Assembly (NCBI RefSeq): GCF_001194135.2
Contig: NC_068981.1
Span: forward strand, 194,670,912-194,734,911
Direction: 5' to 3'
From: Octopus bimaculoides
Lineage: Eukaryota
DNA: 64,000 nucleotides
Shown: piece after piece, positions 1 to 13,700 of the stretch
How the letters are laid out: every line of letters starts with the position of its first letter
Numbering within the stretch: the first letter of the stretch is position 1
Notes under the pieces: generated by a model
Database searches by the model: none
Told to the model about the DNA's origin: nothing
What the model saw: only the letters and a program-made list of their open reading frames with translations
Program-made: the position numbers and the translations under genes

Positions 1-1575
1 ATAAATATGGGTATAAATGGAGATTTAATGATATATATTGATACAACATATATGGTTATAAATATAGACATATACATATATAGACACATCCAGCTATAAA
101 TGTCGATCCATATTGTAATGTGATAAAATGGTTTACAGCTGAAGAAATGAGTGAGGAGAGTGACAAGTCTAATTATGATGATAATTTTAATTAGAAAGTG
201 TAAAGTCAATGTCCTGTACTAATTATATTTCTGTCATCACATAATTATTTCTGGTTGCAGACAGTGTGAGGAAGAGTCTTGCCTACTCCTCCTCCTCCTC
301 CTCTAGACTGGACATATTTTTCCACAGAAGACTGGAACAATCTCACTTGATGTCAAGACAAGAAGACACACAGACACACAAATGTGCGCACACACATATA
401 AATATATGATGGGCTTCTTTCAATTTCCCGTTCACCAAATTCACTCATAAGGCTTCGGGAAACCTGGGGCTGTAGTAGAAGACATTTGCCTAGGGTGCTG
501 TGCAGTAGGACTGAACTGAAAACCACATGGTTGGGAAGCAAGCTTCTTAACCACACAGCCACACATGTACAAACACATCATGAATGTCTCAGCAAAGTTA
601 AACCATTACTATGGATCTTTGAATGGTTAAAATGAGTTTCTCTCACTGGAATTGCTTTAGTTTCAATACAATCTGCTCTCATACCATGTGTTCTAACACC
701 CAATGCTATGAGGGAGTTGTCCCCAAAATGCTATCAGGCAAGAAATCGGCAAACAAGCAAAACATATACATTGAGTATGTGCGGTTGATAATTCTTATAA
801 ACTAGAGCTGCTTTTAATTTGTAATTGAGGCACAAGAAGCCAGAGCTATTTTGAACGAGATCTCACTGGTAGCCATTACCATGTCCAAGACAAGAACAAG
901 ATCTTGCCTGCAACCATTTGCCATGCGCAAGACGACAACGAGGCTCTCATCAGCAACCAGTATTTAAGCAGGAGAATAAGACATTCTCTCTCGTTCCTTC
1001 TTGCACTTACACTGAGAAATACTGCATAGTCAGCGACTCACAGTGGACTCTTGTCTTGCTCTGACTCCACATGCTTATCTCCAGAGTTAATGAATCTCAT
1101 GTGTACAGAGTTAGGACAAACCATTTGTTGCTATAAAGACAGTCACTGAGAGCAAACAATATGAACGAGAACTCTGTAAATAAATGGCTATTGAATTGTA
1201 CTCTGCTTGTGAACTTCTTTGTGTTCCAGATCCTTGAAGCTACAAAAAATAATTATAATGGGGAAAGGAGATACTCCCACAAGCATCTTAAACCTTCTAT
1301 TCCATTATATATGCATCACTATGGCATACAAGCATATGGTTCTTACACTGTTTATAAATAGTCATATAGTAAGGCGCTGGCATGGCTGTGTGGTAAGAAG
1401 GTTACTTCCCAAACACATGGGTCCGGGTTCAGTCCTACTGCCTGGCATCTTGGACAAGTGTCTTCTACTATAGCCTTTCGCTGACCAAAGCCTTGTGAGT
1501 GGATTTGGTAGCAGCACTGGCAACGACCTCATATGTATATCATCATCATCATCATCATCATCGTTTAACGTCCGC

Positions 1576-1618
<43 letters not shown>

Positions 1619-2182
1619 TGATATGATCATCATCATTTTAACATCCTGTTCTATTCCCTTTTTACTTCTTTTTCCTCTTCTTTTTTCTTATTCTACTTCT
1701 CCTTCTCTTCTACTGACTCTGTCCAAAAGCCTTTATTTAGTCCAATCGAATCTTTCCTTTCAGTTAGTAAATACACACATGCCCTGTATTTCTTTTACTT
1801 GTCTGGAGAATTTGCTACATATCGAGGAAACCCAAAAGCAACAGGCCATCCATTGGACTGTTCTAAATAAAAACAAAATGTATAATCATCATCATTCATC
1901 ATTCATCATTCATCATTCAACATCTTTCCATTCTGACATGGGTTGGATGGCATGACAAAAGTTGCAAGGCCACTTTGCACACCGTTGCTAGCTTTGGCAT
2001 GGTTTCTACAGTTGGAGACCCTTCCCAATGCCAACCGTTGTACAGAGTGAACTGGGTGCCTTTTTCCCATGCTACTGACAAGGAAGAGAAGAAAAGAAAA
2101 GGGAGAAAAGCTATTACTCCTAAGAGGGACTATTTAGGAGATGGAGATGGGTGGATTTATGCCAGGTGTCGAGAGGGTAAAC

Positions 2183-2334
2183 CAGTGGTTCCCAACCTGT
2201 GGTCCCCTGATGCCTGGTGGTCTGCAAAGGTAGTACTCGGGGTCTGTGAACATGTTAAGTTTTCAATATTCTGGGGTCCGTGGGAAAACTCATTTAAATA
2301 AAAGGGGTCCTTGGTAGTAAAAGGTTGGGAACTG
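2183..2334. mobile_element. hAT-like MITE
   Basis: Starts CAGTGGTTCCCAACCT and ends AGGTTGGGAACTG (imperfect TIR typical of Charlie/MER5-type elements); no clear TSD. Confidence 0.5.
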
Positions 2335-3041
2335 TATGATTGAGGGACAAGCACAGGTGTTTTGGTAGAGGAGACACATGGCTGAAGGAGATCAAAGGAA
2401 AATAGTGATGGAGTGCTAGAGCAAACTTCCAAGGACCCCCAGTACTACCTTTGCGGATACAAATGGTGGGTCATGGGAGGGGATGAAAGAGTGGCTACTT
2501 TCATAAGTGTGTGAGAAGGGAGTACCAGATGGACAATGATAGGGGCAAAAGTGATGATAGCAAGGAACAAGGGCAGAGGTGAGGGTGAAGGGAAACATCA
2601 GAATAGAGAGGGGTAAGATGGGAGATATATGAGTGGCTTAGGAAGGGGACTAGATCAGAAAGTTATGGGTTGATGTGCAAGGTGTGGGAGAAGTAAAGAG
2701 GGAGGGATAGGGATATGTAAGGGACTACAGTAATTGGGACAGGATGATAATGATGAATAGAAGTGGCTCAGGGGAGAGGAGAAGGGCGATGGCCAGAAGG
2801 GGGATGAGGTAATATGTGCCAGTTCTGCTCTCAGGTGACTACAGCAGCCAAATGGTACCACAAATGGGGGGGGGGGAATGATAGGTGTAAAGGGATGACT
2901 ATTTGGGGAAATGTTTAATGCATCAGAGGCAAGAGAGGGGGCAGGTCCCTGCATGTGCAAGCATAACCAAGTGGTTTTAGGACATGATTTTTGCTGTAAT
3001 GGGCGATCTTTCATAGCATCGTTATCATTATTGCCACCGTT

Positions 3042-3074
<33 letters not shown>

Positions 3075-3280
3075 GTCGTCCTCGTCCTTGTCATCATTTG
3101 TCATCATCTAACATCTATTCTCAGTTCTGGCATGGAAGGATCCAATGTGTCTGAAGATCCATATAGATATTAGATGATACATTATATTATATATCACATA
3201 TATATATGATATATATATATATGTGATATATCATATCAAATTGTATTGTATTATATTTATTATGTTATACTCTGTTGTAG

Positions 3281-5543
3281 GACTGCAAGGATTTTCCTCT
3301 TGGGGACAACAAAGTCTAGCAAAAGATCCTTGCTGAAAACTGTGTTAAAGGATCAGTTTCAGGAGTCTGGTGCCAAAGGTGATGAAGGTGTTACACTGTG
3401 GCTATGGCATCCTTTCAAGAATCAACAAAACTGTAGGTCCTTTACAATGTTATTTTTGTTGTTGAATGTTGTTGTTGTTAAGCCCTAGTTCAGATCTGAA
3501 TGAGCAGACCTATGATCAGAAACAATCCAGCCATGACCATCTCATCATGTTATTCCAGACGTAGCATAACCAAGACTGTTTTATTGTTTTTTTTATATGT
3601 TTCAGCCCTCAAGGTTGTGGCCATGCTGGAGCACTGCCCGTAAAAATATTTTTTAATATGCTGGACTGCCGTGACCAAGATTCAAACCTGGGTTACCACG
3701 GCCTCAATGTGGGGTCCTCACCACTAAATGATCACAACCTTCATTTGGTTTTAATATGAGGGAAACTTGGCTGCTATTTCTGATGTATGCATGCATCTTT
3801 ATATATGTGTGTGTGCGTGTGTGTGTGTGTGTGCGTGTGTGTGTGTGCGTGTGCGTGTGTATCATCATCATCATTTAATGTCCTTTTTCCATGCTGGTAT
3901 GGGTTGGCTGATTTGACAAGAACAGACAAGCCAGAGGGCTCTGCCAGGTTCTATGTCTGTTTTGGCAGGGTTTTTACAGCTGGATGCCCTTCTTGATGCC
4001 AACCACTTAACAAGAGTTTACTGGGTGCTTACTTGTGAGTGGATTTGGAAGATGGAAACTGAAAGCAGCCTATCTTATATATGTATGTATTTGTGTGTCT
4101 GTGTTTGTCTCCCCCACCATCGCTTCATAGTCGATGTTGGTGTGTTTATGTCTCCCGTAACTTAGCCATTCAGCAAAAAGAGACCGACAGAATAAGTACT
4201 AGGCTTACAAAGAATAAGTCCTGGGATCGATTCGTTCGACTAAAGGCAGTGCTCCAGCAAGGCCACAGTCAAATGACTGAAACAAATAAAAGAGTAAAAG
4301 AATTTCTTTCAGAGCAGTGAGTTGGTGGAATCATGAGGGCATCATAAAAAATATCTTGGAACATTTGCTCCAGGTCTGAAAGTTATGAGATCAATTCTGA
4401 CTGAAGTCAAGAACCAGGGGGGATATAAATCATATCACCAACTGCATCCCCACCCAACTATAAATTCCAGGCCCTGTACCTATGTTAGAAACAGTTATTG
4501 GTTAATACTTTACATGGTTTTGTAACATTAGAGAGCAATATCTTTTCAGGTGATTTAGTGGCAGAATATATGACAGAAGATTTAAAAGACTCACAAATAG
4601 AAATCTGGGAACTTTCAGACAATCAGGTTGGTAGCTTTCGTTTCTTTTACACAAATATTTATGGAGTAAAGATTGTTTGCCAACATAACATGGCAGTCCT
4701 GGTTTAGGACGAATGTAATTTAGCCCCAGGAGACATCGTCTCCAGCTGGCTATAGGACACGATCTGTGTCCTTACATTTTTTGAACAAGGGAATCTAGCA
4801 CCCCCACTCAGCTCAAAACAATATCTGTGTATTACGATTTCAGGGTTATTTGCCTTCATCAGCACAGAATAATTGTTTGGCTAGAAGTGGCACTGCCAAA
4901 TTCCTGTTTGAAATATATAGTTTTCAACGGGAATTTGGCAGTGCCAAACATTTATTCTAGCCAAACATTTATTCTGTGCTGATGAAGAGAAATAACCCGG
5001 AAGTCGTGATACACAGATACTGTTTTGAGCTGAGTGGGGGTGCTATATTCCCTTGTTCGAAAATATAAGGACACAGATTGTGTTGTATAGCCAGCTGGAG
5101 ATGATGTCTCCTGGGGTTAAGCTACAGCAACATTCGTCCTAAACCAGGAGTGCCATGTTATGATGGCAAATAATCTTTACTACAAAGTACTGTTGCTGAA
5201 TATCTCTCGTTGTGAGATTTAAAAATAGTAATTTTCTAACGAATATTTATAGTCACTGACTTCTCTCCCCCACCTACTCTCTCTCTCTCTGTCTCTATTT
5301 CTCTACTTATCACTCTTTCTCCCTCTTCCCTCCCCCTCTCTTTATGCACCTCATCATTTATGCATACACACACATCTTCTCTGACTTTAGATCTCTGTTT
5401 CCCTCTCACTTCGCCTCTGTTTTTCTCAATACACATCTCTTGCTGAATCCATCCATCCATCAATACATCATTCAATACGCACACACATACAATCATATAT
5501 AAATATATGTAGATGTGTGTTCTCTCTCTCTCTCTCTCTCTCT

Positions 5544-5592
<49 letters not shown>

Positions 5593-6316
5593 CATACATA
5601 TATATATTATAGTGGGGTAGGCTAGTTTATGGGGTTACTGTGGGTTTCTCACTCATAAGGGATTTAGCTTTACGGCATATCATCAAACCCCAAACGCTGC
5701 TAGCCTGAGACTTCTTTAAAATCTCAGAGGTCCCAGGCCAGCAATGTTTGGGGGTCTGAAGATATATCATAAGGCTAAACCTCTTATGAGCGAGAAACTC
5801 AGGGCAACCCCATAAATCACTATAGTATTAACTGCTCCACATCTTAGAGTCTGCTTCTTCTCCATATTTATGTATTTCTACAAACGATCCTTTATATCTA
5901 TATATATGATAATAATATTAGGGAAAAAATTCCAAATTTACAGGGAAAAATTCAATTTAATTTATCAAAATTAAATTAAATTTCATAATATATAAATATA
6001 TAATTTAGAGAAAAAAACCACAATTATTTAATTCATCCATGAAAATCCACAATCATACATATATTTTACTANNNNNNNNNNNNNNNNNNNNNNNNNNNNN
6101 NNNNNNNNNNNNNNNNNNNNNNNNNNNNNNNNNNNNNNNNNNNNNNNNNNNNNNNNNNNNNNNNNNNNNNNNNNNNNNNNNNNNNNNNNNNNNNNNNNNN
6201 NNNNNNNNNNNNNNNNNNNNNNNNNNNNNNNNNNNNNNNNNNNNNNNNNNNNNNNNNNNNNNNNNNNNNNNNNNNNNNNNNNNNNNNNNNNNNNNNNNNN
6301 NNNNNNNNNNNNNNNN

Positions 6317-6369
<53 letters not shown>

Positions 6370-7699
6370 TATAATATATCTAAAGTTCTTTAATCACTGG
6401 TGTATTATTCTTTGCTGACCACCCCAACAGGTATTTCAGAAGATCCACCCCATCTATTACACATCAACTGCCCTCTATGTAATCACCTGTCATTCACCAA
6501 AGCCCAACTGTAAATCTGTGGTCGACTTTATCAATACAGTCCAATGTAAGGTAGGTAATGCTTTCATTGTACCTTAATTACACTTTATTTAGTTTCATTC
6601 TGCTCTCATTATATCTTAATTATTCTTTAACCCTTTAGCATTCAGATTAACCCTTTTGATACCAACCCGGCTGAAACTGGCTCTGGCTCTGTAGTAGAAA
6701 TGTCCTGTTTCCATAAGTTTTGAATTAAAATCTTCCACCAAACCTTAGTCACAATCTATGTTCCTAACACTAGCTTAATGATAACTAAGTCATTTTACTA
6801 AATTCTTTGTTATATTTAAAGTAAATGAAAGAAACACAGAGCATCTCAAAATAAATAAAGTAACGAAAGGGTTAAAAGTCTTCGTTAACTTTCCACATTT
6901 CAATGTCATGTAGTTAGAGTTTTTGCTCTCTGTATTTAAACCTATTGTTACCAACCCGGTCATTGCCAGAACCACCTGACTGGCACTTGTGCCGGTGGCA
7001 CATAAAAGCACCCACTACACTCTTGGAGTGGTTGGCATTAGGAAGGGCATCCAGCTGTAGAAACTTTGCCAGATCAGATTGAAGCCTTGTGCAGCTTACT
7101 GGCTTTCCAGACTTCAGTCAAACCATCCAACCCATGCCAGCATGGAAAACGGACGTTAAACGATGATGATGATAATTTCATGAAATAATTTGTTTTCAAA
7201 AAAATTTTGTTAATTTCAGAATCCCGGCAGCAGTATATTAATTGTAATGATTGTAAGTGATATAAATGGGGAGGTGAAAGGGACTCGAACCTGCGTCCCT
7301 GACCAATACTTCCAATTCCTCATGAACAGCATAATAGACAATGAGAAAAACCAACTGGACAGTCTGCAAGAGGAGATGGAACAAATTAGGTGAGACCTCT
7401 TCTACTTAGACACTGATCATTGGTCAGTTTAAGTAAGATAGCCACTGGTGGCCATCATTGGTCAGTTTTGGGTAAAATTTAGTGACTGGTCATTGTTGGT
7501 CCATTAATTAAAATAAATTATCTGTGTTGGTGTTCATAAAAAGCCCCCACAACATTCTAGAAAGTGGTTGGTGTTAAGAAAGGGCTTCCAACAGTAGAAA
7601 GCATGCCAAAACAGACAATTGGAGCCTGGTGCCGCTCTCTGGTTTGCCAACTTCTGTTGAACTGTACAATCCATGCCAGCATGGAAAATGGATGTTAAT

Positions 7700-7733
<34 letters not shown>

Positions 7734-10700
7734 AATGATATGGATGTTGGAATAAATCAAAATCCCAGATAGTCAAAGCAGGAAGTTCAATTGGTTATGA
7801 CTAATTTCATAAACTGATCAATCACATATATTAAAGACAGAACGCCTGGCATTCTATTTATTTCCTTCTCTGATCAAGTTCAGGATTGAAATCTTGAATA
7901 TAATCAGAGAAGGAAACAAGTGGAATACCAGACTTTCATATTAAGGGCCAGTTACCTATCTATGTTTGTTACCTACAATCATAGAAGGGACAGTTATCTA
8001 CTCATGTTTATTAAAGGGTCACTTACCTACCTATGATTGCTAAAGGATCAGTTTCCTATCTGTGCTTGTGAAAGAGTCAGTTACTTACCTGTGATTACAA
8101 ACATATGAGATAACAGTCCCTGCATTATTAACCCTTTTGTTACCAACCCAGCCGAAACCACCTCTGGCTCTGTAGTACAAATATCTTGTCTTCATAAATT
8201 TTGAATTAAAATCTTCCACCAAACCTTAGTCACAATTTATGTTCCTAACACTAGTTTCATGATAACTAAGTTATTTTACTAAATTCTTTGTTATATTTAA
8301 AATTAATTCAAAGAAACAGAGCATATCAACAGAAATATAGTAACAAAAGGGTTAAGGTGTTCCAAAGGACCAGTTAGTAAGCTACATTTGTTTACTCTTT
8401 CATATTTTATGAAATCCCTTTTAACTTTACCAATTTCATGTTCCTTAGGTCCCTTGATGCAAACGAAGAAGCCACAGAGAAGATTAAGTTGTTAACCCAA
8501 CTGCTACACACTCGGCCCAAGTTGCCGAAACAAGTCCATGTACTCAATTTTTCAACAAACCAGGTTTGTATAACTTTACTGTTTAGGCAAGGGTGTGGGT
8601 GTTTAACAAGTCTGCTTCTCTCATCCATAGTTTTGTGCTCAGCTCTGATGTAAAGTCAGATTAAGTAATGCCTTGTGAGTGATATTTGCACAGCACTCAA
8701 AAGTACCTTGGATCGTAGGGCGACATGCTGTGCTTGAGGAGACCTATTGAGTCAAGTACATCAAAACCAAAATCAAATGGAAATTGTTGTTGTGATTCCC
8801 GTGCCAGTGGCATGTAAAAAGCACCATCCAAACGTGGCTGATGCCGGCGCTGCCTTGATTGGCTTCTGTGCTGGTGGCAAGTAAAAAGCAGCCACTACAT
8901 TCTCGGAGTGGTTGGTGTTAGGGAGGGCATCCAGCTGTAGAAACATTGCCAGATCAGATTGGAGCCTGGTGTGGCTTCCTGGCTCACCAGGCCCATTCCA
9001 AGCCGTCCAACCCATGCCAGCATGGAAAGCGGACATTAAATGATGACGATGATGATGATAATGCATACATGTTTACAAGTATGTATGCATGCGTGTATGT
9101 ATGTATGTAATTATGTAAACATGCATGTGTGTATGTATGTAGGTAGGTATGTCTGCATCTATGTATGTGTCCGTGTATATGTGTTTGAGTGTGTGTGTGT
9201 GCATGTATAGACGACGAGATGCATAGGGAGAGTGAAAAGAGGGAGGGAAGAGGGACAAAGAGTGATAGGTAGAGAAATAGAGAGAGAGAGAGTAGGATGG
9301 GGGAGAGGGAAATAGGTGGCTGATAACGATGACGATGATGATAATGATAATCCTTTCTACTAGAGGCACAAGGCCTGAAATTTGTGGGGAGGGGCATGAG
9401 TCAATTACATTGACCCCAGTGTTCAACTGGTACTTAATTTATCGACCCTAAAAAGATAAACGGGAAAGTCGACCTTAGTGGAATTTGAACTCAGAACGTA
9501 GCAATGGGCGAAATACTGCTAACCATTTCGTCCAGCTTGCTAACGATTCTGCCAGTTCATCCCCTTAATGATGATAATGACGACGATGATGATGATTATG
9601 CTGATGATGATAAAGTTGATAGGGACGATGATGATGATGGTGATGAAAATAATACACTTCTTCCTCTTTTGAAGGATTAAACTTATATTTTACATTTACC
9701 ATAATAACATTCCAACCAATGATTCCTTCTCTTTCCTCTTCTCCCCCACCCTCCTCCGCATCTGTGCAGGGTTCTGACATCATACAGTCAGCTCTACTCC
9801 GTAACTGTATTGACCAAATGTGTGATGCCAAGTGGGAGCATCAAGAGGAGCTGGACATTATAAGAGACAAGATTTTTGAGTTGAAGGAATCAGGAACCGT
9901 TTTAGCAACATGGTCCTCTCTTCAAGAGTATTTCTTCACGAAGACACAAACTACACACCAAAAACTCTTTGAAAAACTGATGTCATTCCTCCACAAAATG
10001 GTAAGTCGTTTAGGTTTGGTTATTTTGTTGTGGAATAACTGTGAGATTATAGTTGTTGTAGTTGTTCTGATTAACAGCTGTGGAAAAAAGGTGAGAAAAT
10101 GGGAAGGCTGGCTGGAGAACAGGCAGGGCCCGTGGAGTTATTTGCAAAGCTGCCTATTTCAGTCAGTCTGGGATGAGCATTGGTAACCTACATGACCTGT
10201 CTTGACTCATGAACTGAAGATTCCCAGTCAGCTGTGAGTCATTGCAGCTTTTCCCTTCATGGACTCCAACGAGACATTGAAAGAGAGAACTTCTTGCCAT
10301 GTTCAGCATGCTTCATGTGCACTTGAGGACCACCTCAAAGCATTGGTCCCGTCTAGGGACTGTATGCACATATCTGGATTGAAAGGGTTGGCCTTGTCTG
10401 TTCTGATTCAGGTTACCGGAGCACTGGATAGAATGCTTCATGGTAATTGTGTGACTCTCTGTGCTCTGAGTTCAAATCCTGCCTAAGTCAAATTATTTTT
10501 CATTGTTGCAAGGTTGACAAAAAAATGACTGATCTAGGGTGGTAGATTGAGGGATTGTGAAAAGGTTGCATGGCACGTAAAAAGCACCATTCAAGCATGG
10601 TTGATGCCAGTACCGCCTGACTGGCCCTTGTGCCAGTGGCATGTAAAAAGCACCCACTACACTCTTGGAGTGGTTGGCGTTAGGAAGGGCATCCAGCTGT

Positions 10701-13700
10701 AGAAACTTTGCCAGATCAGATTGTTACTCTTCTTCCAACTTAGTCAAGGGTTCAAATCTTGCATGTACATTCTGTTTTTTGTCAAGGCACTACTTTTTTA
10801 CTCTTTTACTTGTTTCAGTCATTTGGCTGCGGCCATGCTGGAGCACTGCCTTTAGTCGAGCAAATCGACCCCAGGACTTATTCTTTGTAAGCCTAGTACT
10901 TATTCTATCAGTCTCTTTTGTTGAACCGCTAAGTTACGGGGACATAAACACACCAGTATCGGTTGTCAAGTGATAGTGGGGGGGGGGGACAAACATAAAC
11001 ACACAAACATATACACACACATACATACATATATACATATATACGACAGACTTCTTTCAGTTTCCGTCTACCAAATCCACTCACAAGGCTTTGGTCAGCC
11101 TGAAGCTATGGTTGAAGACACTTGCCTAAGGTGCCACGCAGTGGGACTGAACCCGGAACCATGTGGTTGGTAAGCAAGCTACTTACCACATAGCCACTCC
11201 ATGGTCAAATTGATCTAACAGGTTATGCTTAAACAGCTCTTAGTTAACAACTGCAAGGAAAACGTATATTCTCCTTGATGTTATTCATCTTCAGTGACGA
11301 GGCATGGCACAGTGGTTAGGGCATTCAGTCTATGGTCATAAGGTCATGAGTTCGATTCCCAGCAGTGCATTATGTCCTTGAGCAAGACACTTTATTTCAC
11401 ATTGCTCCAGTCCACTCAGCTGGCAAAAACGAGTATTACCTGTAATTCAAAGGGGCCAGCCTTGTTACATTCCATGTCATGCTGAATCTTCCTAAGAACT
11501 ACATTAAGGGTATGCCTGACTGTGGAGCGCTCAGCCACTTGCTCGTTAATTTCACAAGCCGGCTGTTCTGTTGATTGGATCAACTGGAACACTCGTCGTC
11601 ATAACCGACGAAGAGCCAGTTGATCTTTAAGTCCAGATGTTGAACAATTGTAATTTCTTAATTCTTTCTTCAGGGAGGTAGTCTTGACCTACAGAAATGT
11701 GGATGGAACCAAATCGACCTTGATAATCATTTCATCTGTGTGAATCCCATTGTATTCACAAAACTTCTATGTCGATTCCACATTGCAGAAGAAACCCAAG
11801 AATTTCGGTTAACATCCACTCACTTCTGGCCAGACAAACAAAATAAACCAAGTGTGGAGAGTTTGGTTCATGTCTTAGAAACAGTCCAAGTCCGTGGAAT
11901 TATTCCTGAAACGTTGTTCCCAGTTTTGTGGCAAGAGTTCCCGACGTTAGATGAAAGTCAGGTGAAGCTTCTACTTCAAGTGTTTATCAGCCTGGGTATG
12001 TTGCTTCCGCTTCATTCCAGTGTACATGGTTCATCTTTAACAACATTATCGCTACCCACATATCCAACACTTTCACCCAAGAAATATTATTATGCATCGG
12101 TCATTGATTGCTTCAATGACCTTCGACCTCAGCTCAACTGGACTCCAAAACCATACCCAGGAGATTTACAGGTAAGAAGACTACACACACATCATCATCA
12201 TCATCATCATTTAACATTCTTGTTCTCCGCTGGCAAGGGTTGGATGATTTGACAGGATCCGACAAACCAGAGAACACCACTGAGTTCCAATGTCTTCTTT
12301 AAAATGGTTTCTACAGCCAGGTGCAATTTGATGCAGTTCTGTGGCTTGTTGGATCTTGTTAAACAATCCAACCCATACCAACATGGAACAAGGATGTTAA
12401 ATGATGATGATGATGATATATAAGAAAATATATATAGATGTAAAAGAAAAAATATAAAGCAAAACCTAACTACTTTTAACATTCTCTTCTTTCTAAACCA
12501 AATCATGTTAAATTAATAAAACCTAGTCATTCCCAACATTTTTGATTATCTCCCTTATACTGGAAAAAATCCCTGATTACCTTCCCCTGCCGGGAACTCC
12601 ATATTTCACAACATAGCGAAGACATGACATGGTATAGGTAAAGAAATTTGAGAAACTCGTAAAGAAAATTACGAAACTGGTTATTTCTCCAAAAACAATG
12701 TTACTATATGCAAAATTTTCCAGTATTTTTCTAACATAACAATTTAAATATATTCTTTAACCATATAGCACAAGCCTTCTGTAATTTTTTCACTCTATTT
12801 TGTCTTTTAAACATCCAACCACGTGCTTTCACATACCAACTCTCTCACCTATTCAAATTAAAATACACACACACACACACACATAAATATAGTAAAGTTT
12901 CCATAAAACTTCTATTCCTGTATTGGTCTACCATGTTGACTTCCCAAACTCTGTACAAAAGGTGTGGTTAACTGACCTTGCTCCTCCAAATAGATTTTAT
13001 TCCTGTGTCTGTTGTATGACATATTGTCTCCTCTCCTCAGTCTGTTTATGGTACGGAGTTACATCTCCCTCAGGTCTTTATCCTGTGTTCTCATTTATTA
13101 AAAATTAATGATTTAGTCTAGAGGAAGGGGTTGTGATAAAGAGAGATGAATGGGGTTGATTTTCATCTTAAACAAACTGCAAAGAAAACAAGGACTGGAG
13201 GGGTACTTCACTTCGGTAAGAAAGGGCTGAGTGTAGGGAGTAGGGGAACATAATATGAAAGATGGGAGGAGAGATGAGTGAGGTGGGTGGGATTGGGTGG
13301 AGAAGGTACACAATCAACAAACTACAAAGAACAGAGGCCATTGTAGTAGCAGTAGAAAGACAAAGTGAGGAATCAGTGTAACTGTGGGTTTCAGAAGTGG
13401 ACTCCATGGCAATCATTCTTTTTTTGTTTTATTTGTTTCAGTCATTTGACTGCGGCCATGCTGGAGCACCGCATTCAGTCGAACAAATCGACCCTAGGAC
13501 ACTTATTCTTTGTAAGCCTAGTACTTATTCTATCAGTCTCTCTTTGTCGAACCGCTAAGTTACAGGGACGTAAACACACCAGCATCGGTTGTCAAGCGAT
13601 GTTGGGGGCACAAACACAGACATACAAACGCACATATATATATATATATATATGCATATATACGATGGGCTTCTTTCAGCCTCCATCTACCAAATCCACT

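Noticed and set aside
1230-1880. Possible upstream Roco exons (acceptors at 1229 and about 1763; e.g. LVNTHMPCISF...NKNK)
   Set aside because: The acceptors look plausible but the donors are weak (GTTCTT, GTATAA) and no LRR or linker motif is recognisable, so they are not included in the gene model.
6028-6374. ORFs spanning N-runs (also at 18709-19790, 23547-23938, 37507-38101, 42184-42862, 58312-58663)
   Set aside because: Artefacts of translating through gaps; only the flanking real exon or RT segments were kept.
7534-7776. Minus-strand ORF starting TIWDFDLF, resembling the ROC WDF motif
   Set aside because: Wrong strand for the Roco gene and runs straight into (CAT)n and repeat sequence; coincidence.
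8041-8055. 15-bp identity (TAAAGGATCAGTTTC) with the Roco exon at about 3346
   Set aside because: Short match inside a degenerate minisatellite; compatible with chance.
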